Shown one piece after another: positions 43,256 to 52,547 of a stretch of 64,000 bases of DNA. The notes beneath the pieces were generated by a model, which was not told the DNA's origin, made no database searches, and saw only the letters and a program-made list of their open reading frames with translations. The DNA is from an uncultured delta proteobacterium. GTDB taxonomy: Bacteria; Desulfobacterota; Binatia; HRBIN30; BPIQ01. The DNA lies in contig CAVXGR010000018.1 in assembly GCA_963761335.1 (NCBI GenBank), positions 832,001 through 896,000 on the forward strand. Reading direction: 5' to 3'. The stretch's first letter is position 1, and every line of letters starts with the position of its first letter. A program made the position numbers and the translations under genes.

Positions 43256-44353
43256 TCAACCCCGCGCGGCGACCGGCTGCGTCAGCGTCGCCCTCGGTGC
43301 ACCCTTGTCCGCCGCCGAGCCGAAGAGGTTTGGCGTCAGCGTCCTCGACTGCGCCTCGTCGCGGGTCACCATGCCGCGGTTGACGAGCTCGACGAGCGCC
43401 GCGTCCAGCGTCTGCATGCCGACGTTCTGTCCGACCTGCATGCACGACTGCAGCTGGTGCACCTTGCCCTCGCGGATCAGGTTGCGCACCGCGGTGGTGC
43501 CGATGAGGATCTCGAGGGCGGCAATGCGCCCTCCCATCTTCTTCTTCAGCAACGACTGTGTGACCACCGCCTGGATCGATTCGGAGAACATCGTGCGGAT
43601 CTGTTCCTGCTGGGCGGCCGGGAAGACGTCGATGATGCGGTCCACGGTCTTCGGGGCGCTCGAGGTATGCAGGGTTCCGAACACCAGGTGTCCGGTCTCG
43701 GCCGCCGTCAGCGCCAGCTGGATGGTCTCCAGATCGCGCATTTCGCCGACCAGAATCACATCCGGGTCTTCGCGCAGGGCGCCGCGCAGCGCCGCGGAGA
43801 AGGAGAGGGTGTGGGAGCCGACCTCGCGCTGGTTGACCAGGCACTTCTTCGACTTGTGGACGAACTCGATCGGGTCCTCGATGGTGAGGATGTGCCCCTC
43901 AAAGGTTTCGTTGATGAAGTCGACCATCGCCGCCAGCGTGGTCGATTTGCCGGAGCCGGTCGGTCCGGTGACCAGAACCAGACCTTTCTCTTTGTTGGCC
44001 AGGTCCTTGAGCACCGGCGGCATTCCGAGCTCCGCGAGGGTCATGACCGTGGAGGGAATGGTGCGGAAGACGGCGCCCTCTCCCTTGCGCTGGCGGAAGA
44101 TGTTGACGCGGAAGCGGGCGATTTCGCCGAGCTCGAAGGAGAAGTCCAGATCGTTGGTCTCCTGGAAGTGCTTCCGCTGGCCATCGTTCATGATGTCGAA
44201 CACCATGTGGTGCACCTCGTCGGAGTTCAGCAGGGGGTGCTCGATGCGCTTCATGTCTCCGTTGATGCGCAGCATCGGCGGCTCGCCGGCCGACAGGTGG
44301 ACGTCCGAAGCGCCCTCGCGATGGGCAAAAGTCAGCAGCTGAGTGATGTCCAT
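43256..44353 (-). CDS. pilT: Type IV pilus retraction ATPase PilT
   Basis: 'MDITQLL', 'GPTGSGKSTT', 'LREDPDVILVGEMRD', 'AVRNLIRE', 'GMQTLD'. Confidence 0.95.
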   Translation of the reverse strand: MDITQLLTFAHREGASDVHLSAGEPPMLRINGDMKRIEHPLLNSDEVHHMVFDIMNDGQRKHFQETNDLDFSFELGEIARFRVNIFRQRKGEGAVFRTIPSTVMTLAELGMPPVLKDLANKEKGLVLVTGPTGSGKSTTLAAMVDFINETFEGHILTIEDPIEFVHKSKKCLVNQREVGSHTLSFSAALRGALREDPDVILVGEMRDLETIQLALTAAETGHLVFGTLHTSSAPKTVDRIIDVFPAAQQEQIRTMFSESIQAVVTQSLLKKKMGGRIAALEILIGTTAVRNLIREGKVHQLQSCMQVGQNVGMQTLDAALVELVNRGMVTRDEAQSRTLTPNLFGSAADKGAPRATLTQPVAARG

Positions 44354-44376
44354 ACCATCCTCCGGGGACACTCATT

Positions 44377-44392
44377 AGCAAAGCAGACGCCA
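44377..44392 (-). promoter_or_regulatory. sigma-54 promoter motif for pilT-pilU
   Basis: Minus strand TGGCGTCTGCTTTGCT (TGGC...TTGCT, GG-N10-GC), 23 bp upstream of ATG 44353, with SD GGAGG between. Confidence 0.65.
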
Positions 44393-44512
44393 CGTGGGCG
44401 CCCAGAAGTATAGGGGATTTTCCGCGTCAGCGGTGGCGCAAAGCCGGCCGCTGCCGTCAAAAAATGGTGGATACGGGGCCGGGTTGCTCGGTGGCTCACC
44501 GCTGAGCGAAGC

Positions 44513-45142
44513 TCAGCGGAAGCTCACCACCATGATCTGCAACAGGACATTCCCCGCGGCGTGATACAGGATCGGCGCGGCGATGCTGTCGCTGCGCTCG
44601 CGGAGCCAGCCGGCGAAGAGGCCGAAGAAGAAGACCTTGAGCTGGGTGATGTCGCCGTAGATGAGGTGGCAGAGGGCGAAGAGCAGTGCCGCCGCCGGCA
44701 GGCCCCAGCCCCAGCGGGCTCCGAGCAGCTGGTAGGGGCGGCCCCAGGCCTTGTCGAAGCTGGTCTGCAGGTAGCCGCGGAAGAAGAACTCCTCCGGCAG
44801 CGCCACGTTGATGAGCTGGCCGAGAATCAGCAGGTGCAGGTTCGCAGGAAAGCGCAGGTGGAACTGCGCCTGCTGCACCAGGCGGCCGAAGAGATAGTGG
44901 CCGGCGAGGTAGCCTCCGAGGACGATTGCGGCGACGATCAGGTGAAAGCGCAGCGAGCCGAGCCGCCAGCGCAAGCCGTAGTCGTCGAAGGATCGCTTGG
45001 TGACGACGATCAGGCCGAAGGGGACCAGCAGCCACATCGCCGAGTCCCACAGCGCCAGCGGCAGGGTGACCGCCAATACCGCCAGGCCTTCGAGCCCCGG
45101 GAGCTGCCCTCGCAGGGGACGGGCTGCGCCTTCGTCGGTCAC
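44513..45142 (-). CDS. CPBP/Abi (type II CAAX) intramembrane glutamic endopeptidase, myxosortase-like candidate
   Basis: 'LPEEFFFRGYLQ' (EExxxR), 'LFALCH' (FxxxH), 'WLRERSDS...LYHAAGN' (HxxxN). Confidence 0.88.
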   Translation of the reverse strand: MTDEGAARPLRGQLPGLEGLAVLAVTLPLALWDSAMWLLVPFGLIVVTKRSFDDYGLRWRLGSLRFHLIVAAIVLGGYLAGHYLFGRLVQQAQFHLRFPANLHLLILGQLINVALPEEFFFRGYLQTSFDKAWGRPYQLLGARWGWGLPAAALLFALCHLIYGDITQLKVFFFGLFAGWLRERSDSIAAPILYHAAGNVLLQIMVVSFR

Positions 45143-45145
45143 CGA

Positions 45146-45799
45146 CTAACGCACCACGCCGTCCTCGACGATGACCGCCGGCAGACCGAACGGCGCCAGC
45201 GCCCGGGCGTGTACCGAGGCGTCCTCGCGCTCGGGAAAGCGGCCGAGGCGGACGCGGTAGAAGCGGCTGGTGCCGTTGTCGAGCGGGCTGATGTAGACGT
45301 TGTCGAAGTGCTGCGCCAGCTGCGTGCGCAGCCGTTCGGCGTTGACGCGGTCGGCGAAGGCGCCGACCTGGACCGCGTAGGCGACCGCGGTGACCTCCGC
45401 GAAGGGACCCAGCACCTCGAGGCGTACCGGCGCCGTCCCCGGGCCGATCATCTCGAGCTGGCGCGCCGCCGCGTACGACAGATCGATCAGGCGATCGCCG
45501 ACGAACGGGCCGCGGTCGTTGATGCGGACCTCCACGGTGCGACCATTGATCAGGTTGGTGACCGCCACGCGCGTGCCCAGCGGCAAGGTGCGGTGTGCGG
45601 CGGTGAGATCGTTCTGGTCGTAGATCTCACCGCTGGTCGTCGGGTTGCCGTGGAAGCCGGGCCCGTACCAGGAGGCGATGCCCTGCTGCCAGGCCCCCTT
45701 GCGAACCTGCATCGGTGGCTCCGCGGGGCGCGGCTGCCGCTGCAAGCCGCAGCCCGACAGCGCCAGAGCAACCGCCGACACCAGCACCACCCGCCGCAT
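45146..45799 (-). CDS. rlpA: Septal ring lytic transglycosylase RlpA lipoprotein with SPOR domain
   Basis: Lipobox LSGC, 'GIASWYGPGFHG', 'TAAHRTLP', 'RINDRGPF', SPOR 'VQVGAF...YRVRLG'. Confidence 0.94.
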   Translation of the reverse strand: MRRVVLVSAVALALSGCGLQRQPRPAEPPMQVRKGAWQQGIASWYGPGFHGNPTTSGEIYDQNDLTAAHRTLPLGTRVAVTNLINGRTVEVRINDRGPFVGDRLIDLSYAAARQLEMIGPGTAPVRLEVLGPFAEVTAVAYAVQVGAFADRVNAERLRTQLAQHFDNVYISPLDNGTSRFYRVRLGRFPEREDASVHARALAPFGLPAVIVEDGVVR

Positions 45800-45809
45800 A
45801 CGGGCGCGG

Positions 45810-45837
45810 ATTATACGCCCGGGGGGAGAATTGGCAA
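45810..45837 (-). promoter_or_regulatory. sigma-70-type promoter of rlpA (near-leaderless)
   Basis: Minus strand TTGCCA-N16-TATAAT, ending 10 bp before the ATG. Confidence 0.55.
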
Positions 45838-45898
45838 ACGCGGTGCTCCCGCTCCGCCGCGGCGGCTACAGGTGGGCTCCCGAGCCTCTCCACATTTT

Positions 45899-46034
45899 CG
45901 GTTCTCATTCCCGGTTCTCATTCCGTCGTTTTCCATTTTTCTTCACGGCGCGTGAGACCTGGTGGGCTGTGCGTTGCTTGCCCGCTTTCAGAGCGAATGG
46001 AAAACGACGGAATGAGAACCGGGGATGAGAACCG
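45899..46034. repeat. Long inverted repeat (39-bp arms, one mismatch, 58-bp spacer), MITE/REP-like
   Basis: 45899-45937 CGGTTCTCATTCCCGGTTCTCATTCCGTCGTTTTCCATT matches the reverse complement of 45996-46034. Confidence 0.9.
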
Positions 46035-46081
46035 GGAACGGGATACGGTATGAAGGTCCTTGGTTTGGCCGGCTGGGTCGC

Positions 46082-47428
46082 CTAGTGGCCGGCGACGGTC
46101 ATGCGGGCGATCTTCACGGTGGGCGACGAGGTTGCCGCGTGCACTCGCAGCTCGGCGCCGACCGCCTCGATGTCGCGGTACATCTGCAGCAGGTTGCCGG
46201 CGATGGTGATCTCCTCGACCGGGTAGGTGAGCTCGCCGTTCTCGATCCACAGGCCGACGGCGCCGCGTGAGTAGTCGCCGGTGACCGGGTTGATGCCCTG
46301 GCCGATGAGCTCGGTGACGTACAGCCCCTGGCGCACCGAGCCGATGATGTCTGGCGTCGGCGTCGTTCCGGGCAGCAGGCGGAGGTTCTGGGAGCCGACG
46401 TGGGGTGCGTCGCCGATGGAGCGGGCCGCATTGCCCGTGGAGTGCGCGTGCAGCTTGCGCGCCGAGTAGGAGTCGAACAGATAGCTCGACAGGCGGCCGC
46501 GATCGACGACTGCGGTGCGCCGCGTCGCCACCCCCTCGCCGTCGAAGGGCCGCGAGCCGAGCCCCCCCTCGATGGTGCCGTCGTCGACGACGGTGACGAA
46601 GTCGGGAGCGATCGGCTCGCCCAAGCGGCCGGCGAGAAAGGAGGTACCCTTGTAGAGCGAGTAGCCGGAGACCGCGCCGGCCAGGTGTCGCAAGAGGCCT
46701 GCGGCGACCTCCGCCTCGAATACCACCGGCACCTGCTGTGTGGGCACCTGGCGGGCGCCGATGCGGCGGATGGTGCGCTCGGCGGCGGTGCGGCCGACGG
46801 CGGCGGGGTCGGCCAGCGCCGAGAACTTGCGGTCCGCCGAGTACCAGTAATCGCGCTGCATCTTGCCATCGACGGCGGCAATCGGCACCACGGTCAGGCT
46901 GAAGCTCGAGGAGCGGTAGGAGCCCATGAAGCCGTTGGTGGCTGCATAGACGACGGTGTGCGACTCGCTGCTGAACTCGGCGCCGTCCGAGTTGGTGATG
47001 CGCGGGTCGGTCTCGCGGGCTGCCGCCTCGGCGGTGCGTGCCAGCTCGAGACCCTGCTCGGCGCTGACCTCGGTGCCGTCGTACAGGTGCAGCTCGGGGA
47101 TGTCCTCGGCCAGGTCGGCTGGGTCGGGAAGCCCGGAGTACTCGTCCGGGGCGATGACCTTGGCGAGTGCGCAGGAGTCCCGCGCCAGCTTCACCAGCGA
47201 GTCGCGCGAGCAGTCGGCACTGCTGGTGATGGCGCTGCGCTTCCCCGCGAATACGCGCAGGCCGAGATGCTTGGCCCGCGAGCGCTTGAGGTTCTCGACC
47301 TCGCCGAGCCGCACGCCGGTGCTCAGCGAATCGCCTTCGGCGACGACGACGTCCGCGGCGGTGGCACCGGCCCGCTTTGCCTCGGCGAGCACGAACTCGG
47401 CGATGTCGCCGAGCGACCAGTCGCTCAT
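46082..47428 (-). CDS. pmbA: TldE/PmbA metalloprotease subunit
   Basis: 'RPFDGEG', 'STGNA', 'GINPVTGDYSRGAVG', 'EEITIAGNL'; no HExxxH. Confidence 0.93.
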   Translation of the reverse strand: MSDWSLGDIAEFVLAEAKRAGATAADVVVAEGDSLSTGVRLGEVENLKRSRAKHLGLRVFAGKRSAITSSADCSRDSLVKLARDSCALAKVIAPDEYSGLPDPADLAEDIPELHLYDGTEVSAEQGLELARTAEAAARETDPRITNSDGAEFSSESHTVVYAATNGFMGSYRSSSFSLTVVPIAAVDGKMQRDYWYSADRKFSALADPAAVGRTAAERTIRRIGARQVPTQQVPVVFEAEVAAGLLRHLAGAVSGYSLYKGTSFLAGRLGEPIAPDFVTVVDDGTIEGGLGSRPFDGEGVATRRTAVVDRGRLSSYLFDSYSARKLHAHSTGNAARSIGDAPHVGSQNLRLLPGTTPTPDIIGSVRQGLYVTELIGQGINPVTGDYSRGAVGLWIENGELTYPVEEITIAGNLLQMYRDIEAVGAELRVHAATSSPTVKIARMTVAGH

Positions 47429-48903
47429 GTCTGCGTGCCGCCCACGGTGAGACCGTCGACGCGCACGGTGGGCAGCCCGACGCCGACCGGCACCGACTGT
47501 CCGTCTTTGCCGCAGGTGCCGATTCCGTCGTCGAGTCGCAGATCGTTGCCGAGCATTTTGATACGGGTGAGCACGTCCGGACCATTGCCGATGAGTGTTG
47601 CGCCCTTCACCGGACGGGTGATCTGCCCGTTCTCGATGAGATAGGCCTCGCTGGCAGAGAAGACGAACTTGCCGCTGGTGATGTCGACCTGCCCACCGCT
47701 GAAGTAGGCGGCGTAGAGGCCCGAAGAGACGGAGCGGATGATGTCCTCCGGGGGCGTCTCGCCGGCGAGCATGAAGGTGTTGGTCATGCGCGGCAGCGGC
47801 GCGTGCGCGAAGCTCTCGCGGCGGCCGTTCCCGGTGAGCGGCATTCCCATCAGCCGGGCGTTGAGACGGTCCTGGAGATAGCCGCGCAGGATGCCGTTCT
47901 CGATGAGCACCGTGCGCCCCGTCGGCGTGCCCTCGTCATCGCAGTTGAGGGAGCCGCGGCGGTTGGAAATGGTGCCGTCGTCGACCACGGTGCACAGCGG
48001 CGCGGCGACTCGCTGCCCGAGGAGGCCGGAGAACGCCGAGGTCTTCTTGCGGTTGAAGTCTCCCTCCAAGCCGTGGCCGATGGCCTCGTGCAGCAGAACT
48101 CCGGGCCAGCCCGGGCCGAGAACGACGTTCATGGTCCCCGCCGGCGCATCGATCGCATCGAGATTGCGCACCGCTTGCGCCGCGGCGGTGCGCGCATAGC
48201 CGACGGCGCGCTCGTCGTCGGTGAGGAAGCGGAACTCGACGCGACCACCGCCGCCGGAGCTGCCCTGCTGCCGGCTCGTTCCGTCCTGCGCGATGCACAT
48301 GACGCTGAAGCGGACCAGGGGCTGCACGTCGCCGACGATGAAGCCGTCGGAGTTGACCACCATGATCCATTTTTCCTGGACGACCAGGGACGCCATCACG
48401 TTCTGGATGCGCGCGTCGTGCCGCCGTGCCTCGACGTCGACGCGACTGAGCAGCGCGATCTTCTCGTCGAGCGGCGCGGTGATTGGCGGATGCGCGAGTG
48501 CGTAGAGGTCGTGCGACGGCGATTGGCTGTGCACCGAGACCGGTCCCGGCGTGGCGGAATCGCGCGCGATGGCGTGCGCCGTCTCCGCCGCGACCCGCAG
48601 GTTCTGCAGGCTGACGTCGTCGGAGTATGCATATCCGGTCTTGTCGCCGGCGACGGCGCGAACGCCGACGCCCTGAACGATGTTCTTGGTGGCCTTCTTT
48701 ACGGTGCTCTCCTCGAGGCTGAAGCTCTCCACGGTGGCGAACTCGAAGTACAGATCGGCGAAGTCGACACCGCGGGCCACGGCGGTTCCGAGGATGCTCT
48801 CCAGCCCGTTCTCGTTGAGCCCGAAGCGTTCGAGAAAGAATTTCTGCGGCGCCGCAGTGGCGCGCTGCGTCATGCGACCGCTCTCTGGCGTGCTTGATTT
48901 CAT
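47425..48903 (-). CDS. tldD: TldD metalloprotease
   Basis: 'GPGWPGVLLHEAIGHGLEGDFNRK', 'PRMTNT', 'GTCGKDGQSVPVG'. Confidence 0.96.
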   Translation of the reverse strand: MKSSTPESGRMTQRATAAPQKFFLERFGLNENGLESILGTAVARGVDFADLYFEFATVESFSLEESTVKKATKNIVQGVGVRAVAGDKTGYAYSDDVSLQNLRVAAETAHAIARDSATPGPVSVHSQSPSHDLYALAHPPITAPLDEKIALLSRVDVEARRHDARIQNVMASLVVQEKWIMVVNSDGFIVGDVQPLVRFSVMCIAQDGTSRQQGSSGGGGRVEFRFLTDDERAVGYARTAAAQAVRNLDAIDAPAGTMNVVLGPGWPGVLLHEAIGHGLEGDFNRKKTSAFSGLLGQRVAAPLCTVVDDGTISNRRGSLNCDDEGTPTGRTVLIENGILRGYLQDRLNARLMGMPLTGNGRRESFAHAPLPRMTNTFMLAGETPPEDIIRSVSSGLYAAYFSGGQVDITSGKFVFSASEAYLIENGQITRPVKGATLIGNGPDVLTRIKMLGNDLRLDDGIGTCGKDGQSVPVGVGLPTVRVDGLTVGGTQT

Positions 48904-48975
48904 GGGTAGCTCCTGAGTAGCATACGACCTGAACGTGAGCTAGGTGGTCCCCATGACGAGCACGACGACGCAACC

Positions 48976-49278
48976 ATGAGTCGCTCCTCGCAGCAGCTCC
49001 AGTGGTCGTGTTTGCGCCGCTATCTCGGTCTCCGCGTCAATCTCTTTCGCGCCATGCACACGGAAGGCTTCTATCTCTCCGAGGACCGCGCCGTGCTCGC
49101 ACTGCGCGACGGTCAGTTCGCCCTCGTGGCCCGTACCTCCTTCGACGTCGTCTTCAACTACTTCTACGTACGCGATTGCCACTGGTATCGCTGCGATCTG
49201 GAGAAGGTTGCCGACGAGGAGGTGCCCGATCTGGTGCGCCAGGCGCTGCTGCGCCAGTTCTTGACCATTCTCTCCTGA
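48976..49278 (+). CDS. Hypothetical 100-aa protein
   Basis: Fills the gap between tldD (divergent) and lutA (convergent). GC3-rich codons and aromatic-rich globular composition. Confidence 0.6.
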   Translation: MSRSSQQLQWSCLRRYLGLRVNLFRAMHTEGFYLSEDRAVLALRDGQFALVARTSFDVVFNYFYVRDCHWYRCDLEKVADEEVPDLVRQALLRQFLTILS

Positions 49279-49310
49279 GTGGCGGCAGCGACCGGTCGGC
49301 TCGGCTGGCG

Positions 49311-50033
49311 CTAGTCCCGCTGGCGCAGGATCTCGGCCAGGTGGACGGTGCGTACCGTCGAGCCGTGCCGGGAGAGACCGCCGGCGATCTGCATGAGGCA
49401 GCCGGAGTCGTTGGCGACCAGAGTGGGGGCACCGCTGCGGCGGATGGCGTCGAGCTTGGCGCGCAGGATGGCGTCGGAGATATGCGCCAGCTTGATGGAA
49501 AAAAGGCCGCCGAAGCCGCAGCAGGTTTGCTGGTCGTCGAGCTCGACGAGCTCGAGGCCGCGAACCGCCTGCAGCAGGGCGCGGGGTTGCTGGTGAATGC
49601 CGAGCTCGCGGAGAAGATGACAGGCGTCGTGGTAGGCCACCCGTCCCGGCCACGAGGCGCCGACGTCGGTGACGCCGAGTTGGTCGACCAGGAACTCGGA
49701 GAACTCGAAGACGTTGGCACGCAGCGCCTCCAGGCGCGCCTGCTCCGCGGAGCCGGCGGGGAACAGGTCGCCGTAGAAGCGGCGAATCATCGTGCCGCAG
49801 GATCCGGAGGGCACCACCACCGGAACATCCGGGGAGAAGATGCGCAGGAAGCGCTCCGCCAGCGGTCGCGCCTGCTCGCGAAAGCCGTCGTTGAACGCCG
49901 GCTGTCCGCAGCACGTCTGCTCGTCGAGGAAGCACACCTCGACGCCCAGATGCTCGAGAACGTCGGCGACCGCCTCGCCGACCGACGGGTAGAACTGGTC
50001 GACGAGACAGGTGACGAACAGGTTGACCTTCAT
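49311..50033 (-). CDS. lutA: Lactate utilisation protein A (CCG-domain Fe-S protein)
   Basis: 'LFVTCLVDQ', 'QTCCGQPAFN', 'YHDACH', 'CCGFGGLFS', 'GCLMQIAG'. Confidence 0.92.
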   Translation of the reverse strand: MKVNLFVTCLVDQFYPSVGEAVADVLEHLGVEVCFLDEQTCCGQPAFNDGFREQARPLAERFLRIFSPDVPVVVPSGSCGTMIRRFYGDLFPAGSAEQARLEALRANVFEFSEFLVDQLGVTDVGASWPGRVAYHDACHLLRELGIHQQPRALLQAVRGLELVELDDQQTCCGFGGLFSIKLAHISDAILRAKLDAIRRSGAPTLVANDSGCLMQIAGGLSRHGSTVRTVHLAEILRQRD

Positions 50034-50047
50034 CGCTGCACCCGAGG

Positions 50048-50722
50048 TCAGCGGACCAGCACGACGTGCAGGATCTCCGGGCCATGCACGCCGAGGACGA
50101 TCTTCTTCTCGATATCGGCAGTGCGGCTCGGCCCGCTGATCAGCGTCAGGCACGATCCGAGAGCGGTGCGCTCGGCGCCGAGCACCGCGAAGAGGCCGTC
50201 GATGTCGGCAAGCAGACGCGCGCTGGGGACGATGGCGATGTGCAGACGCGGCACCAGCGAGGCCATCTGCGGCTGCTGCCGACCGCTGCCGACCACCAGC
50301 GTGCCGGTATCGGCCAGGGCCCAGTCCACCTCGGTAATCCCGGCGTCGGCGGCGATGCAGGCCTGGCGCCAGGCACCGCGATAGGCGTCGCCGTTCTCCT
50401 CGGGAAACGTCCAGGCGACGCCGGCGGCGCGCAGTGGCTCGGCATCCACCAGCCGCCGGATCAGTGGCGTCGGCCAGGCGACCACGGTGCGGGCGCCCTG
50501 GGCGCGCAGCACCGCGGCCACCGTCTCGGCGGTGGCCGCGTCGTTGTCGGCGCGGTGCAGCTCGGCGGTGAGACTGCGCAGCTCTCTCTCGAAGCGCGCC
50601 TCCGCGGACGCCGGCGAAGCCGCTGGCCCCTGCGGCAGCGGCGCTGTGGTCGCGGTGGGCTGGTGTCCGCCGCCGGGAGCGGCGGCGCGGATGCGCGCCA
50701 GGATTTCAGCGCGAGCGCCCAT
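50048..50722 (-). CDS. lutC: Lactate utilisation protein C (LUD domain)
   Basis: 'ALADTGTLV', 'ISGPSRTADIEKKIVLGVHGP'. Confidence 0.9.
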   Translation of the reverse strand: MGARAEILARIRAAAPGGGHQPTATTAPLPQGPAASPASAEARFERELRSLTAELHRADNDAATAETVAAVLRAQGARTVVAWPTPLIRRLVDAEPLRAAGVAWTFPEENGDAYRGAWRQACIAADAGITEVDWALADTGTLVVGSGRQQPQMASLVPRLHIAIVPSARLLADIDGLFAVLGAERTALGSCLTLISGPSRTADIEKKIVLGVHGPEILHVVLVR

Positions 50723-52115
50723 CGCCTCGCTTTCTCCACCGCTGGCGGAACGATTGCGGCGCCGGGGCCGGGAAATCGCGGTAGCGGGTCCAGCCGCCGA
50801 GGAACCCCGGCAGCCAACGGATCTTGCCGCCGCGCGCCAACAACGGCGCCGCCAGCCGCGCCGCGCCTCCGGCGATCTCGTAGGCGCGCCGCGAGCTGAC
50901 GCTCAGGCGCCACAGGCGCACCATCCAGCGCTCGACGGTGGCGGTCTCGCCCCGGCGCGCCGACTGGTTTCGCAGGTTCAGCAGCAGGTGCGGGATGTCG
51001 ATCTTCACCGGGCAGATCTCGCGGCAGGCGCCGCAGAGGCTGGAGGCGAACGACAGCTCGGCTGCCTGTGGACCCTGCAGCGCCGGTGACACCACGGCGC
51101 CGATCGGGCCGGGGTAGGGCGACGCATAGGCGTGACCACCGACCTTGCGGTAGACGGGGCAGACGTTCAGACAGGCGCCGCAGCGAAGGCAGTAGAGAGC
51201 CTCGCGCAGACCCGGGTCGGCCAGCATGCGGCTGCGGCCGTTGTCGAGGATGACCACGTGCATCTCCTCGGGGCCGTCGATTCTCTCGCCGCGCGGGCCG
51301 CTGACCCAGGAGATGTAGCTGGTGAGCTTCTGGCCGGTGGCGCTGCGCGGCAGCAGGCGCAGAAACACGCTCAGGTCATCGAGCCGCGGGATGACCTTCT
51401 CGATTCCCATGACGGCGACGTAGACCGGCGGCATGGTGAGCGACAGCCGGCCATTGCCCTCGTTCTCGACGACCACGAGCGTGCCGGTTTCGGCGACGGC
51501 GAAGTTGACGCCGGTGATCCCCATGTCGGCGGTGCAGAACTTCTCGCGCAGCGTGCGGCGGGCGACGCGGGTGAGATCCTCGGGGTTGTCGTAGACCGGC
51601 ACGGCAAGGCGCTCGTGAAAGAGCTGGGCGATGTCCGCCTGCGACTTGTGAATCGCCGGGGTGATGATGTGGGAAGGCGGCTCGCCGGCGAGCTGAACGA
51701 TGTACTCGCCGAGGTCGGTCTCGACCACCTCTGTGCCGATACTCTCGAGGGCGGGATTGAGCGCGATCTCCTCGGTGGTCATCGACTTGCCTTTGACCAC
51801 ACGCCGCACGCCGCGCTGGCGTGCCAGGTCGACGATGTAGTCACGGGCGCTCTCGGCATCGCTCGCCCAGAAGACGCGCACCCCGGCGTCGATCAGCTTG
51901 GTCTCCAGCTCCTCGAGCAGCTCGGCGAGTCGATCGGCGCTGCTCTCCTTGATGGCGCGCGCCTGGTCGCGCAGCGACTCGACGGTAGGGTATTCCTCGA
52001 AGGCGTGCTGGCGCTTCTCGAGAAAGCGCAGCGAGGCGTTGTCGAGGGCGCGGTGCAGCTTGGCGTTGGCAGCGGGACGCTGCGAGCGCTCGGCGAATGA
52101 GCCGGTCGGATTCAT
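50706..52115 (-). CDS. lutB: Lactate utilisation protein B (LUD + 4Fe-4S)
   Basis: 'KSMTTEEI', 'ETDLGEYIVQL', 'PSHIITPAIH', 'CLRCGACLNVCPVY', 'SSLCGACREICPVKID'. Confidence 0.94.
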   Translation of the reverse strand: MNPTGSFAERSQRPAANAKLHRALDNASLRFLEKRQHAFEEYPTVESLRDQARAIKESSADRLAELLEELETKLIDAGVRVFWASDAESARDYIVDLARQRGVRRVVKGKSMTTEEIALNPALESIGTEVVETDLGEYIVQLAGEPPSHIITPAIHKSQADIAQLFHERLAVPVYDNPEDLTRVARRTLREKFCTADMGITGVNFAVAETGTLVVVENEGNGRLSLTMPPVYVAVMGIEKVIPRLDDLSVFLRLLPRSATGQKLTSYISWVSGPRGERIDGPEEMHVVILDNGRSRMLADPGLREALYCLRCGACLNVCPVYRKVGGHAYASPYPGPIGAVVSPALQGPQAAELSFASSLCGACREICPVKIDIPHLLLNLRNQSARRGETATVERWMVRLWRLSVSSRRAYEIAGGAARLAAPLLARGGKIRWLPGFLGGWTRYRDFPAPAPQSFRQRWRKRGDGRSR

Positions 52116-52116
52116 C

Positions 52117-52539
52117 TCATGCCACCGCGAAGGTGCCGTCCTGCAGCATGCCCACGAAGGCGCGGTCGGCTTCGAGAAAGTCGAGTGCGGCGAGCTCGCG
52201 CGGCTCCGCCCAGCGGATCTCCGCGAAGCAGTTGTTGACCGGCGTGCCGTCGTAATGGCGCACGTGCACGAAGACCAGGTCGCAGGTGGGCCCCTGCGGA
52301 TAGATGTGGCGGGTGTGGCAGATCTCACGCCCCGGCTCGGCGGTGATGCCGAGCTCCTCGCGAAGCTCGCGGCGGACGCAGTCGGCTGGGGACTCTCCGG
52401 CCTCGAGCTTGCCGCCGGGGAACTCCCACTTTCCCGGATGGGCGCCGCCGAGCTTTCGCCGGCAGACGAGCACCGAGCGGCCGCGAAAGATCACACCCGC
52501 AGCGACCCGCAACGCCGCTTCTTCCCGCTGGCTCTCCAT
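52117..52539 (-). CDS. NUDIX hydrolase, MutT/NudG-like
   Basis: Nudix box 'WEFPGGKLEAGESPADCVRRELREELGI'. Confidence 0.92.
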   Translation of the reverse strand: MESQREEAALRVAAGVIFRGRSVLVCRRKLGGAHPGKWEFPGGKLEAGESPADCVRRELREELGITAEPGREICHTRHIYPQGPTCDLVFVHVRHYDGTPVNNCFAEIRWAEPRELAALDFLEADRAFVGMLQDGTFAVA

Positions 52540-52547
52540 CGCCCCTC

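Noticed and set aside
45832..45847. Plus-strand TGGCAAACGCGGTGCT as a sigma-54 promoter firing into the inverted repeat
   Set aside because: Lacks TTGC, and the TGGCAA is better explained as the -35 (TTGCCA) of the minus-strand rlpA promoter.
46082..48903. TldD/PmbA as part of a microcin cluster
   Set aside because: No YcaO or precursor nearby; ordinary housekeeping pair.
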